Assembly: GCA_963663475.2 (NCBI GenBank) | Contig: CAXXJV010000001.1 | Span: 1,600,001 to 1,664,000 of the forward strand | DNA from: Candidatus Cloacimonadales bacterium | GTDB taxonomy: Bacteria > Cloacimonadota > Cloacimonadia > Cloacimonadales > JAFGVF01 | Direction: 5' to 3' | DNA: 64,000 nucleotides | Shown here: positions 52,855 through 63,227 of the stretch, piece by piece | How the letters are laid out: the number at the start of each line of letters is the position of its first letter | Position numbering within the stretch: position 1 is the first letter of the stretch | Notes under the pieces: generated by a model | Told to the model about the DNA's origin: nothing | Database searches by the model: none | The model's input: only the letters and a program-made list of their open reading frames with translations | Made by a program: the position numbers and the translations under genes

Positions 52855-53062
52855 AATCCCTCAATCCCTCAATCCCTCAATCCCTCAATCACTCAATCCC
52901 TCAATCACTCAATCCCTCAATCCCTCAAACCCTCAATCTCTCAATCTCTCAATCCCTCAATCCCTCAATCTCTCAATCTCTCAATCTCTCAATCTCTCAA
53001 TCTCTCAATATCTCAATCCCTCAATCCCTCAATCCCTCAATCTCTCAATCCCTCAATCCCTC
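52855..53062 (+). repeat. 8-bp tandem repeat (AATCCCTC/AATCTCTC/AATCACTC), 26 units
   Basis: 208 bp read directly; fused to a truncated MITE A left half (about 52793-52857). Confidence 0.95.
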
Positions 53063-53159
53063 CGTCTAAGTTAAAAACTAAATATTTCTTGTCAATTAAG
53101 TAAAACTTAATATTTTAGTATTAAACCAATAATGATAAAAGAAATCTGCAGGAGACATA

Positions 53160-55160
53160 ATGTTTGAGCTAGTATCGAAGTATAAACCTCAAGGTGACCA
53201 ACCTCAAGCTATAAAGCAGCTTGTTTCAGGTGTTAATGAAGGAAAAAAGTATCAAGTTCTTTTAGGTGTAACAGGTTCTGGCAAAACTTTTACAATTGCT
53301 AATACCATTGCTAAGCTAAACAAACCTACCCTAGTTCTTTCCCATAATAAAACTCTAGCAGCTCAGCTCTATGGTGAGTTAAAGCAATTCTTTCCTAAGA
53401 ATGCAGTTGAGTATTTTATTTCTTATTATGATTACTATCAACCAGAGGCATATATTCCTGGTAGAGATATTTTTATAGAAAAAGATTCAAGTATAAATGA
53501 TCAGATTGATAAGCTTAGACTTAAGGCTACTATGTCTTTAATGGAAAGGAAAGATACTATTGTAGTTGCGAGTGTGTCGTGTATTTACGGACTAGGTGTC
53601 CCTGAAGATTATCGGAAAGCACTTGTTAGGATAGAGGTTGGAGATGAGATTGACAGGAATGATTTTTTAAAAAGACTTGTTGATGCCCATTATGGGAGAA
53701 ATGATATTGCTTTTCAAAGAGGAAATTTTAGAGTAAAAGGTGATACCGTAGATGTCTTTCCAGCCTATTTAGATACCTGTGTAAGAGTAGAATTCTTCGG
53801 TGATGAGATAACCGCCATCAAGAAACTAAATCCCATTGATAATAAGATAATCTCTAATCATGACGCTTATGCTATTTATCCTGCTAATCACTTTGTAATG
53901 TCTGAAGAAAGACTGACCAAAGCCAGTAAGTCAATTAGGGAGGAACTAGAAAGTCAGCATGAATTTTTCCTAGCTAATGAAAGATATGTTGAAGCCCAAA
54001 GAATTAAGCAAAGGACAGAATTCGATTTAGAGATGATTCAAGAACTTGGTCATTGCTCAGGAATCGAAAACTATTCTCGTCATATGACAGGCGCTAAACC
54101 TGGTCAAGCACCCTTCTGTCTGCTTGATTACTTTCCTGACGACTTTCTCTTAGTTATTGATGAATCTCATGTAACTATTCCCCAAACAAGAGCAATGTAT
54201 GCTGGTGATTTTTCCCGTAAAAAAAACTTAGTTGAATACGGATTTAGATTACCTTCAGCTTATGATAACAGACCTTTAAAGTTTGAAGAATTTGAAAAGC
54301 ACCATAAAAATGTTATCTTCATGTCTGCTACTCCTGCCGATTACGAACTGGATAAAACCTATGGAGAGATTGTAGAACAGGTTATCAGGCCAACTGGACT
54401 TGTTGACCCTTATATCATGATTAGACCTGTAGAAAGCCAGGTTGATGACCTACTCAATGAAATTAGGATTCATACTAAGAAAAAACAAAGAGTCCTAGTA
54501 ACTACTCTGACAAAAAAAATGACCGAGGATTTATCTACTTATTTGAAAAATGCAGGTATAAAATCAGATTATCTTCATAGTAGTCTTGATTCCATTGAAA
54601 GAACAAAGGTTATTAGGAAACTTCGACTTGGAGAAATTGATGTTCTGGTTGGTGTTAACCTACTAAGAGAAGGTATTGATATGCCAGAAGTGGCTCTGGT
54701 TGCTGTATTAGATGCAGATAAGGTTGGCTTCTTAAGGTCTGCTAGATCCTTAATCCAAACTGCTGGAAGAGCTGCACGTAATGCTGAAGGTAAAGTAATA
54801 TTCTATGCTGATAATATAACAGCTGCTATTAAATCTACTGTTGATGAAACTAATAGAAGACGTGAAAAGCAGATTGCTTATAATGAAAAACATAATATCA
54901 CACCACAAACTATCTATAAATCAATTGATGAAATAATGGAATCTACCGCTGTCGCAGAAGGTTATGAAGGTTATAGCTCAAAAGCTGGTAAAAAGACTAA
55001 GAAAGCTGCTAAAGATGACTTCTTAGAATATCTTGATCTGGATAGTAAAGAAAAAATCATCAACCTTCTCAAAAAAGAAATGAAAGAAGCAGCTGGACAA
55101 CTAGATTTTGAAAAAGCTGCTACCCTAAGAGATAGAATTGTAGAATTAGAAAATCTTTAA
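53160..55160 (+). CDS. uvrB: excinuclease ABC subunit B
   Basis: [32 protein letters not shown]-terminal UVR domain. Confidence 0.97.
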   Translation: MFELVSKYKPQGDQPQAIKQLVSGVNEGKKYQVLLGVTGSGKTFTIANTIAKLNKPTLVLSHNKTLAAQLYGELKQFFPKNAVEYFISYYDYYQPEAYIPGRDIFIEKDSSINDQIDKLRLKATMSLMERKDTIVVASVSCIYGLGVPEDYRKALVRIEVGDEIDRNDFLKRLVDAHYGRNDIAFQRGNFRVKGDTVDVFPAYLDTCVRVEFFGDEITAIKKLNPIDNKIISNHDAYAIYPANHFVMSEERLTKASKSIREELESQHEFFLANERYVEAQRIKQRTEFDLEMIQELGHCSGIENYSRHMTGAKPGQAPFCLLDYFPDDFLLVIDESHVTIPQTRAMYAGDFSRKKNLVEYGFRLPSAYDNRPLKFEEFEKHHKNVIFMSATPADYELDKTYGEIVEQVIRPTGLVDPYIMIRPVESQVDDLLNEIRIHTKKKQRVLVTTLTKKMTEDLSTYLKNAGIKSDYLHSSLDSIERTKVIRKLRLGEIDVLVGVNLLREGIDMPEVALVAVLDADKVGFLRSARSLIQTAGRAARNAEGKVIFYADNITAAIKSTVDETNRRREKQIAYNEKHNITPQTIYKSIDEIMESTAVAEGYEGYSSKAGKKTKKAAKDDFLEYLDLDSKEKIINLLKKEMKEAAGQLDFEKAATLRDRIVELENL

Positions 55161-55168
55161 GTGAGACT

Positions 55169-56287
55169 GGGTGCCGTAAGGCGGGGAGAGTAAACAATCC
55201 CCTTTCAGCTCGTAAGAGCGTATGAGAGGGGTGCCGTAAGGCGGGGAGAGTAAATTGATTCTTTACACGAATTAACACGAATTAGAACGAATTTCACGAA
55301 TAAGAAAAGCTCTTTAACACAGAGTTCATAGAGGTAAAGAGGAGTTTCACAGAGTTTTAATAAGGAAGAATAAGCCACTGAAAACACCGATAATAATAAG
55401 TGATTTACCACAAAGGCACGAAGACACAAAAGGAAAAGAAGATTCTAACTGGGAATGCGGTACTAACTGGGAATGCGGGCATCCCTGCCCGCAACAAGCA
55501 CTTGTAAGTGCTTGTAAAATACTAAGCTACACTTTCATGCGTGTTGGTAGTGCATGCAATCCCCTTTCAGCTCGTAAGAGCGGTATGAGAGGGGTGCCGT
55601 AAGGCGGGGAGAGTAAATTGATTCTTTACACGAATTAACACGAATTAGAACGAATTTCACGAATAAGAAAAGCTCTTTAACACAGAGTTCATAGAGGTAA
55701 AGAGGAGTTTCACAGAGTTTTAATAAGGAAGAATAAGCCACCGAAAACACCGATAATAATAAGTGATTTACCACAAAGGCACACGAAGACATAAAAAGGA
55801 AAAGAAGATTCTAACTGGGAATGCGGGCATCCCTGCCCGCGGTTATGCAGATTACAAGTGGTTACGGGAATGGGTCGCGGGATTGTCTCTTAATTCCCCT
55901 TTCAGCTCGTAAGAGCGGTATGAGAGGGGTGCCGTAAGGCGGGGAGAGTAAATTGATTCTTTACACGAATTAACACGAATTAGAACGAATTTCACGAATA
56001 AGAAAAGCTCTTTAACACAGAGTTCATAGAGGTAAAGAGGAGTTTCACAGAGTTTTAATAAGGAAGAATAAGCCACCGAAAACACCGATAATAATAAGTG
56101 ATTTACCACAAAGGCACGAAGACATAAAAAGGAAAAGAAGATTCTAACTGGGAATGCGGGCATCCCTGCCCGCGGTTATGCAGATTACAAGTGGTTACGG
56201 GAATGGGTCGCGGGATTGTCTCTTAATTCCCCTTTCAGCTCGTAAGAGCGGTATGAGAGGGGTGCCGTAAGGCTGGGAGAGTAAACA
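55169..56287 (+). repeat. tandem array of three 333-362-bp modular units plus partial flanking units
   Basis: cccctttcagctcgtaagagcg recurs at 55199, 55561, 55896 and 56229. Confidence 0.92.
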
Positions 56288-56339
56288 TGTGTCGTTCCAT
56301 AAAAGTGGACTAGAAAATTAAACAAACTAGGAGCTTGAA

Positions 56340-56762
56340 ATGGAAAGAAAAAAGAATATGACTCATAAGATTCAAAAGACCTATAGTGAAAGTTTTAAAA
56401 TTAAAGTTGTTGACGAAATAGAGAAGGGAGATTTAACTCAAGCTGGAGCTTGTAGACTTTACAATATTTCAGATAGCAATGTGAGTAGATGGGTTGCCAA
56501 TTATGGTATGAATGAACGAGTAGGAAAAAAGGTGGTAGTTATGACCGATAGAGAAATACGTGAATCTGACCTTTTAAGGAAAGAGAATAAGCAGTTAAAA
56601 CGAGCATTAGAAGATAGTCAGTTCTCCAACGAAGTTCTAGAGAAATATATTCATTATATTGCAGAACAAAATGGTATTGATTTAAAAAAAAAGATCGATT
56701 CAGGTTTATCAGAAGATACTCAGAAACTCTTGATTTCAAGGTTGCTAAAAGGTCAGGAATAA
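56340..56762 (+). CDS. IS3 OrfA (HTH, leucine zipper)
   Basis: YSESFKIKVV..HTH..W; A9G slippery run at 56684-56693. Confidence 0.88.
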   Translation: MERKKNMTHKIQKTYSESFKIKVVDEIEKGDLTQAGACRLYNISDSNVSRWVANYGMNERVGKKVVVMTDREIRESDLLRKENKQLKRALEDSQFSNEVLEKYIHYIAEQNGIDLKKKIDSGLSEDTQKLLISRLLKGQE

Positions 56763-57553
56763 GCCAAATGTGTAGTTTATTACAAGTATCTAAATCAGGT
56801 TACTATAAATATCTTCAAACTGTCTCCCAGAGTTCTACAAATGACTCCCTATGTCTCTCCAGAGTTAAACAATATAGAAAAATTCAGCCTTATTCAGGCA
56901 CTTATAAATGTTGGAAAATGCTACATAATGATGGTTTTAAAATTGGGAGAAATCATCTTAACTGCCTGCTTAAAGAACATAATATGTTGATCAGGAAGAA
57001 GAAGAAATATTGCAAAACTTCAATATCAGATGGTAGTAAGGTATATCCTAATTTACTTAAAGATACCGAAGTAAAGAGGAAAAATCAAGTTTGGGTAACT
57101 GATATTACTTATATTTCTAAAGGCAAAGGGTTTTATTATTTGTTTTTGCTAAGTGATATGTATACTAGACAGATATTGGATTATGAAGTTTCTTCTAATA
57201 TGCTGACTGATAATCATATAAGGATGTTAAAAAGACAGCTAAGCCATGTTGATAATGCTAACGATCTTATTCATCATTCAGATCATGGTTCTCAATATAC
57301 AAGTAATGAGACTATTAGCCTTCTGAAAAAGCATGGTATAAAGATTAGTATGACTGGTGATGGTAAATGCTATGATAACCCTATTGCTGAAAGAATAAAC
57401 TGCACAATGAAGCATGAATTTGGTTTAAATCGGACATTTAGCACTATAGAAAGTCTTAAAAAAGCTACTAAAGATGCAGTAATGATCTATAACTCTCAGA
57501 GACTTCACAAAAGTTTGGGGTATTTTACTCCAAATGATTTTGCAAATCATTAA
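56684..57553 (+). CDS. IS3 OrfB integrase-core (DDE) domain, joined to OrfA by a -1 frameshift
   Basis: -1 frame open from the A9G site; NQVWVTDITY, HHSDHGSQY, DNPIAERIN..K, YN..R.H.SLGY.TP. Confidence 0.9.
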   Translation, partial: KKKDRFRFIRRYSETLDFKVAKRSGISQMCSLLQVSKSGYYKYLQTVSQSSTNDSLCLSRVKQYRKIQPYSGTYKCWKMLHNDGFKIGRNHLNCLLKEHNMLIRKKKKYCKTSISDGSKVYPNLLKDTEVKRKNQVWVTDITYISKGKGFYYLFLLSDMYTRQILDYEVSSNMLTDNHIRMLKRQLSHVDNANDLIHHSDHGSQYTSNETISLLKKHGIKISMTGDGKCYDNPIAERINCTMKHEFGLNRTFSTIESLKKATKDAVMIYNSQRLHKSLGYFTPNDFANH

Positions 57554-57851
57554 AAGAGGTTACCAGATGATGAACAGATACTTAGCTGAATGTATTTTCT
57601 TTTGGAAAATGCGACTAAATTACGAATGCAAAATGGAGTCGACAACAGAACTCAAAAGTATGAGTAAATGTCTCATTTTTCAAAAGAGATACATGACTCA
57701 GGATACATAAAAAAGGTGTCCACTATATTGGTACTTGACAACAGACCAGAGTTCCTCAGCCGTAGGCAAGGGACTTCGGGCAAGAAAGTGTGTCGGAAGT
57801 CGCTACTCCGTGAGCAACTCCCGTCACTCTTCATGAGCCTTCTAAAATACT

Positions 57852-58865
57852 CTAAATCTGGCTTTTATCCTTTCTTAAAAGTTCTGGTTTCATAAGCAAC
57901 TTAGCATATTGAGCTCTAGTATATGCCCAAGGATCATTGCTATTAGCCTTGCTTAATTTACCCTTAAAATCAGCAAGTGAGGTAAATCCTTTATCCTTCA
58001 TCCAAGTATCTAAATCATTTAAAACTTTAGCAATATGGCCAATACCATGTCTGTAGAGGGCCGAAACCATCTGGACACTATCTGCACCAGCTAGAATCAT
58101 TTTAATCACATCAGAAGCATTAAAGATGCCACCACTGCTACAAATATTTGCTGAAATATTGCCTGAGACAAGTCCTGTATAACGAAGGGTATATCGGTTA
58201 TCTTGAGGTTTGCTTAGATTAAAGGGGAAAGTATGACTTAGCTTGTCAATATTAAGATCAGGTTGGAAGTATCTATTAAAGATAACAAAGCCTGCAATAC
58301 CTGTATCATTCATTCTTTTAATCATATTTAGGGGGTTAGTATATTCATTACTTAGTTTTACGCTAATAGGGATTTTAATTTTGGAAGTTAACTCTTTTAA
58401 GATGTCAATTTGCTCATCTTCTATCTGACTAGCAGTCTTATCAAAACTCTTAGGAGAAGAATAGAAATTTAGCTCAAGACCATCAACACCAGTATCAGCA
58501 ATTTGCTGGGCATATTCTAGCCAAGTATCTCGATTAACAGCATTTAAGGAACCAATAACAGGAATATCAACTGCTTCCTTTGTCTTTCTTAACCAATAAA
58601 GGTGTTCTTGAATACCAATTTGATCTTTATCAGGGAAGACAGTTATCATTTCTGCATGTTTGTGATTAGCCTCTTCTCTATCAAGTTCATCACGATATCT
58701 TTCTAATTGAATTTGTTCTTCAAAAAGTGATTTAGCAACAATTGCACCAGCTCCTGCTTCTTCAATATCTTTGATTTTATTGAGGTTGGCAGTTAATGAG
58801 CTTGCACCAACTATTATTGGGTTCTTTAACTCTAAACCCATGTACTTAGTCTTAAAGTTTGACAT
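57852..58865 (-). CDS. dihydroorotate dehydrogenase-like flavoprotein (second, non-operonic paralog)
   Basis: T.YMGLELKNPIIVGAS, KSLFEEQI, LELN, VKLS, FNRYFQPD, SGGI; AAGGAG RBS before ATG 58865. Confidence 0.85.
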   Translation of the reverse strand: MSNFKTKYMGLELKNPIIVGASSLTANLNKIKDIEEAGAGAIVAKSLFEEQIQLERYRDELDREEANHKHAEMITVFPDKDQIGIQEHLYWLRKTKEAVDIPVIGSLNAVNRDTWLEYAQQIADTGVDGLELNFYSSPKSFDKTASQIEDEQIDILKELTSKIKIPISVKLSNEYTNPLNMIKRMNDTGIAGFVIFNRYFQPDLNIDKLSHTFPFNLSKPQDNRYTLRYTGLVSGNISANICSSGGIFNASDVIKMILAGADSVQMVSALYRHGIGHIAKVLNDLDTWMKDKGFTSLADFKGKLSKANSNDPWAYTRAQYAKLLMKPELLRKDKSQI

Positions 58866-59176
58866 TATAACTCCTTTATAAATTATTAGACTGATCTTGT
58901 TATCTGAGAATGATTTATCACTAATGAAAATAAAATAATCTTTAGGAATCTTCAAAGACTTAGCATTTTACAATAATGTAAAAATTATTTACGAACAATC
59001 TCTGATATATTAGCTTTTAACAGACAAAAAGCAATTTTTTTTTAAAAGAATTTAATTCCATATTCTAAGCTAGCAAATTAAAGGATTTTATGCTAGAAAA
59101 TGAAAAGATATTTTGCAATAAAGATAAAAAAGATTATATTAATGTAAAGAAAATCAAAAAATAAACGGAGGAAATC

Positions 59177-59755
59177 ATGACTAGATGGCAACATAGTATG
59201 CATAAGTTAAACTCGGATAATCACCATCCTGATCATCCAATTGATGACTTTTTTAAGGTCAAGAATTACCAACCACAAACTGAAGAAGAAAAACATATAT
59301 TTGAGGAATTCTCCCTTATAAAGAGTTCGCTAGCTATTCTTATTCATGTGGCAAATGCTGATAGGGCTATTAATCCTGAAGAAAAGAATCAGATTATCAG
59401 AGATATTATCTTTCAAATGGAGCAAAGACCTTATGAATTCGCTAGACTTTCCGAGAAATTTGGCTCTAATGAAAAAGAAATTATTGAAAATATGTATGAC
59501 CAGATTCTCAAAGACTACCAAAATCAAAAATTGAAACTGGATAAAATTGTCGATGATATCTGCTTGATGTATAAAAATAATGAAGAAAAAAGATATTATT
59601 TGCTTCGCTTATGCTATTTCGCAGCCTTATCTGATAATGTTTTTGATGAGGCAGAACAAGAGGCAATCAGAAAATTAGCCCAAAGAATGGATATTCCTAG
59701 TCTGGAACTTGATAGAATTGAAAAGGAAGTTAAAGAGGAAATTGCCAAAAAATAA
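59177..59755 (+). CDS. TerB-family protein
   Basis: VANAD..I..EEK and ALSDNVFDEAEQ..I..LA paired motifs. Confidence 0.75.
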   Translation: MTRWQHSMHKLNSDNHHPDHPIDDFFKVKNYQPQTEEEKHIFEEFSLIKSSLAILIHVANADRAINPEEKNQIIRDIIFQMEQRPYEFARLSEKFGSNEKEIIENMYDQILKDYQNQKLKLDKIVDDICLMYKNNEEKRYYLLRLCYFAALSDNVFDEAEQEAIRKLAQRMDIPSLELDRIEKEVKEEIAKK

Positions 59756-59822
59756 AAGCTAATTAACCCCGAGGAACAGACCGGAGTTCCTCAACCCTAG
59801 GTAAGGGACTTCGGACTGAGAC

Positions 59823-60320
59823 TCTTCACACAAATTAACACGAATTATGACGAATTTCACGAATTACTTTTTGCTAGTGCCAAAAAAAAGAAGAAAAGAT
59901 CCTTAACACAGAGTTTCACAGAGGTGAAGAGGAGTTACACAGAGTTTTTAAGAAGGATGAATAAGTCACTGATAAGAAGATTCTTTACACAAATTAACAC
60001 GAATTAAGACGAATTTCACGAATTACTTTTTGTTAGTGCCAAAAAAGAAGAAAAGATTCTTAACACAGAGTTTCACAGAGGTGAAGAGGAGTTTCACAGA
60101 GTTTTTAAGAAGGATGAATAAGTCACTGATAAGAAGATTTTCGTCTTTAGGCTAAAAGACGGGGAGACTGGGAGAAAGAAGATTCTTCACACTAATTAAC
60201 ACCAATTAAGACGAATTTCACAAATTACTTTTTGCTAGTGCCAAAAAAAAGAAGAAAAACATCCTCAACACAGAGTTTCACAGAGGTGAAGAGGAGTTTC
60301 ACAGAGTTTTTAAGAACTAA
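59823..60320 (+). repeat. three tandem ~160-200-bp units built from cacgaatt and cacagag modules
   Basis: Units begin near 59823, 59981 and 60183; modules shared with 55260-55370 and 21610-21660. Confidence 0.88.
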
Positions 60321-60478
60321 CCTCTTAAATCATTAAATCATTAAATCTTCTTCTTGCCTTTGTGGTGAAATGAGGCTTCCAAAGAAATGACTTCAACCAC
60401 TTATCCAAGACCTGATTTCACTAGCAAAAGAGAATTTTCTTGACATAAGATAGGACCATTGATTCTTTGATAAAACGT

Positions 60479-60555
60479 GCTCCCGTAGCTCAGTAGGATA
60501 GAGCAGTTCCCTCCTAAGGAAAAGGTCAGCCGTTCGAATCGGCTCGGGAGTACCA
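60479..60555 (+). tRNA. tRNA-Arg (anticodon CCT)
   Basis: GCTCCCG/CGGGAGT acceptor stem, D arm GCTC/GAGC, anticodon loop CTCCTAA, GTTCGAATC T-loop, encoded CCA; TTGACA upstream. Confidence 0.96.
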
Positions 60556-60750
60556 TTTTAAACTAAGAATGAAAAATGAAAAGTTTAGAAGAATCAAAAC
60601 TTACAATTAAAAATGAAAAGTTAAAAGCGAAAAATTAGCTAGGAAAACGGATATACCTGTCCGCGACCAGCAGGAAGTATGGAATGGAAGTATCCTTACT
60701 TCCACCACACAAATCTGACAGCAGGGATGGTGTCAGTCCATAACTGCTAT

Positions 60751-60890
60751 AAAGTGACAGCTTTTTTGCCAATTTGTGACAGCAAGGTTGCCACTTTGAA
60801 AAAGCGTGCTCAAACCCACTTATAACAACAAAAATTAAGCTTTTTTTACCATTCTAAAAGTGACAGCAAGGTTGCCACTTTGCAAAAGCG
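60751..60890. repeat. imperfect palindromic direct repeat GTGACAGCAAGGTTGCCACTTTG (2 exact copies, 1 degenerate)
   Basis: Copies at 60776-60798 and 60860-60882; degenerate copy at about 60754. Confidence 0.75.
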
Positions 60891-61074
60891 CTTTTACTAT
60901 CTTATATTGGATCTTCAAAACTTGAAGTATTAACTCTTTTAAAAACAGATACTACCTTTAGAAATTACTGCTCCCAGCTATCAAGAATAGCAATTCTTAA
61001 TTTTCTTGACAATGTTCTTTTAACTAGTAAAAGTGAAACAATATAAATTTTAAAGTAATAAAAAGGAAAAACTA

Positions 61075-61545
61075 ATGAATTTTAGAATAATCTATTTACC
61101 ATCATTTAAGGCAATATCATCAGGACTTGATAAGAACTTTGATTTCTCTGAAGAAGGGAAATTAGGACAATTTGATAAATTTTTCTCAGAACTTGAAGTT
61201 ACTCCTAGAGACAATTTCATGCCTCGCGATTTTCTCTTTTATGATACAAAAAATCAAGGATTTGTTTGGTGGTGGGCTTTAATCGAAGGACAAGATACTG
61301 CTTCTTATGAAGTAGTTGATTTCGATGGTGGTTATTATCTAACCTATCACTATCAAGATGGGGATGATAAAGAAAATGAAATATTATATAGTGAAGCTTT
61401 AAAGTATATAAATGAATCAGATTTACTTGAACTAGATATTAGAGAAAATCATTATCCAATGGGACATGTTATTACTCCTCCTGAAATATCTGAAAAACTT
61501 GCTTTTTCTCAAATGGAAACATATATTCCTGTTAAGGTTAAGTAG
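61075..61545 (+). CDS. GyrI-like small-molecule-binding domain protein
   Basis: YEVVDFDGGYY..Y, C-terminal METYIPVK; 156 aa standalone. Confidence 0.6.
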   Translation: MNFRIIYLPSFKAISSGLDKNFDFSEEGKLGQFDKFFSELEVTPRDNFMPRDFLFYDTKNQGFVWWWALIEGQDTASYEVVDFDGGYYLTYHYQDGDDKENEILYSEALKYINESDLLELDIRENHYPMGHVITPPEISEKLAFSQMETYIPVKVK

Positions 61546-61739
61546 GGGATTTAATCAAACCATAAAATGCTTTCACTAATAAATTAGTGACATAAAAAGA
61601 ATATATTGAAAATTATTAGTTGGAAAAAAATAATTAAACTTGACTAAATCTATAAAAAAAAATAATGTTGGTATAGATAGATGATTAAGTGAAAATTATG
61701 TTATGAATTAGAAAATAATGGTTAAATGGAGGTTAGAAG

Positions 61740-63212
61740 GTGTTGTCATTGTCGCAACTAGAACAATATTTGTCAAAAGCTGCATGGATTCTAAAAGGCC
61801 CCATAGATGCTTCAGATTTTAAAGTATATATTTTTCCCTTACTCTTTTTCAAAAGGATATCAGATGTCTATGATGAAGAGTATCAAATTGCCTTAAAAGA
61901 GTCTGAGGGAGATGAGGATTACGCACTCTTGCCAGAATTTCACAGATTCATAATTCCGCAAGGATGTCATTGGGATAATGTAAGAGAGTTAACATCCAAT
62001 GTTGGACAGAAGATTGAACTTGCGTTAAGAGAGATTGAAAAAGCTAATCAAGAGTACCTATATGGTATTTTTGGAGATGCTCAATGGAGCAATAAAAATA
62101 AACTATCAGATAAATTATTAATAGATTTAATTGAACACTTTTCACAATACAACTTAGGAAATAATAGTGTTGAACCAGATATGCTTGGACAAGCCTATGA
62201 ATATCTTATAAAACATTTTGCTGACCTAACCAATAAAAAAGCAGGAGAGTTTTATACTCCTCGTTCGGTAGTTCACCTATTAGGTTTAATCTTAGACCCT
62301 AAAGAAGGTGAAAGCATTTATGACCCTGCTTGCGGTACTGGAGGAATGCTCTTAGAGTCAGTTAATCGCTTAAAAGAAAAAAAACAAGATTATCGCACCC
62401 TAAAACTATATGGACAAGAGAAAAATCTTACTTCGAGCTCTATAGCTAGGATGAATATGTTTCTCCATGGTATTGAAGACTTTTCTATAGCCAGAGGTGA
62501 TACATTGAGAAGTCCTGCTTTTTTTCAAGCAGATGAGTTAAAAAAGTTCGATTGCGTAATTGCTAATCCTCCTTTCTCTTTAAAAGATTGGGGAGCTGAA
62601 AACTGGATAAATGATCCCTATGGTAGAAATATTGCGGGCGCTCCTCCTAAGAGTAATGGAGATATGGCTTGGATTCAGCACATGATAAAATCAATGAATG
62701 CCCAAGGAAGAATGGCTGTTATCCTCCCACATGGAGCTCTTTTCAGAAAGAATGCTGAAGGGAAAATTAGGAAAGCTCTTTTAAAGAAAGATCTGCTAGA
62801 AGCTGTTATTGGACTTGGCTCAAATATATTTTATGGAACCCAATTAGCAGCTTGTATCCTCTTCTTTAAACAGGAGAAAGATCCCAATAAAAGTAATAAA
62901 GTTATCTTCATTGATGCCTCTGACCAAATTAGGGTCGGGAGAGCTCAGAATTTCTTAGAAGTCCAGCATGTTGAACAAATACACAGCTGGTTAACGAAAT
63001 ATGAAGATGTTGAGAATTATGTTAAAGTCGTAAGTCTGGAAGAGATCAAGGAAAATGATTATAATCTGAATATTCCTCTCTATGTAGAAAAAACCATCGA
63101 AGATAATTTACCAACTGTTGAAGAGGCAATAAAAGACCTAAAACAAGCTTGGGAAGATAGCTTAAAAGCTGAAGAGAAATTTAAAAAGATACTATCAGAG
63201 TTCATAGATTGA
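61740..63212 (+). CDS. hsdM: type I restriction-modification methyltransferase subunit M
   Basis: HsdM_N (L.KAA.IL.G.IDASDFK.YIFPLLF.KR), GEFYTP, YDPACGTGGML, ANPPF, YNLNIPLYV. Confidence 0.95.
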   Translation: MLSLSQLEQYLSKAAWILKGPIDASDFKVYIFPLLFFKRISDVYDEEYQIALKESEGDEDYALLPEFHRFIIPQGCHWDNVRELTSNVGQKIELALREIEKANQEYLYGIFGDAQWSNKNKLSDKLLIDLIEHFSQYNLGNNSVEPDMLGQAYEYLIKHFADLTNKKAGEFYTPRSVVHLLGLILDPKEGESIYDPACGTGGMLLESVNRLKEKKQDYRTLKLYGQEKNLTSSSIARMNMFLHGIEDFSIARGDTLRSPAFFQADELKKFDCVIANPPFSLKDWGAENWINDPYGRNIAGAPPKSNGDMAWIQHMIKSMNAQGRMAVILPHGALFRKNAEGKIRKALLKKDLLEAVIGLGSNIFYGTQLAACILFFKQEKDPNKSNKVIFIDASDQIRVGRAQNFLEVQHVEQIHSWLTKYEDVENYVKVVSLEEIKENDYNLNIPLYVEKTIEDNLPTVEEAIKDLKQAWEDSLKAEEKFKKILSEFID

Positions 63213-63227
63213 TGTAGGTGAATATAA

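Larger units (their letters stand above)
56288..57740 (+). mobile_element. IS3-family insertion sequence (1453 bp)
   Basis: IRs tgtgtcgttccataaaagtggac / gtccactatattggtacttgaca (TG..CA ends); 3-bp TSD ACA. Confidence 0.92.

Noticed and set aside
52816..53103. 95-aa ORF with SIPQSLNP repeats
   Set aside because: Read-through of a MITE fragment and an 8-mer that lacks stop codons
55205..56163. Three minus-strand ORFs (..CLRAFVVNHLLLSVFSV..)
   Set aside because: Translations of the repeat unit, with inconsistent starts and stops and no RBS
55169..56287. CRISPR array
   Set aside because: Constant part is about 280 bp, two of three variable segments are identical, and no cas genes are in the window
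60479..61075. Integrase or att duplication at tRNA-Arg
   Set aside because: No integrase ORF or repeated tRNA 3' end is visible in this window; the island boundary is unproven
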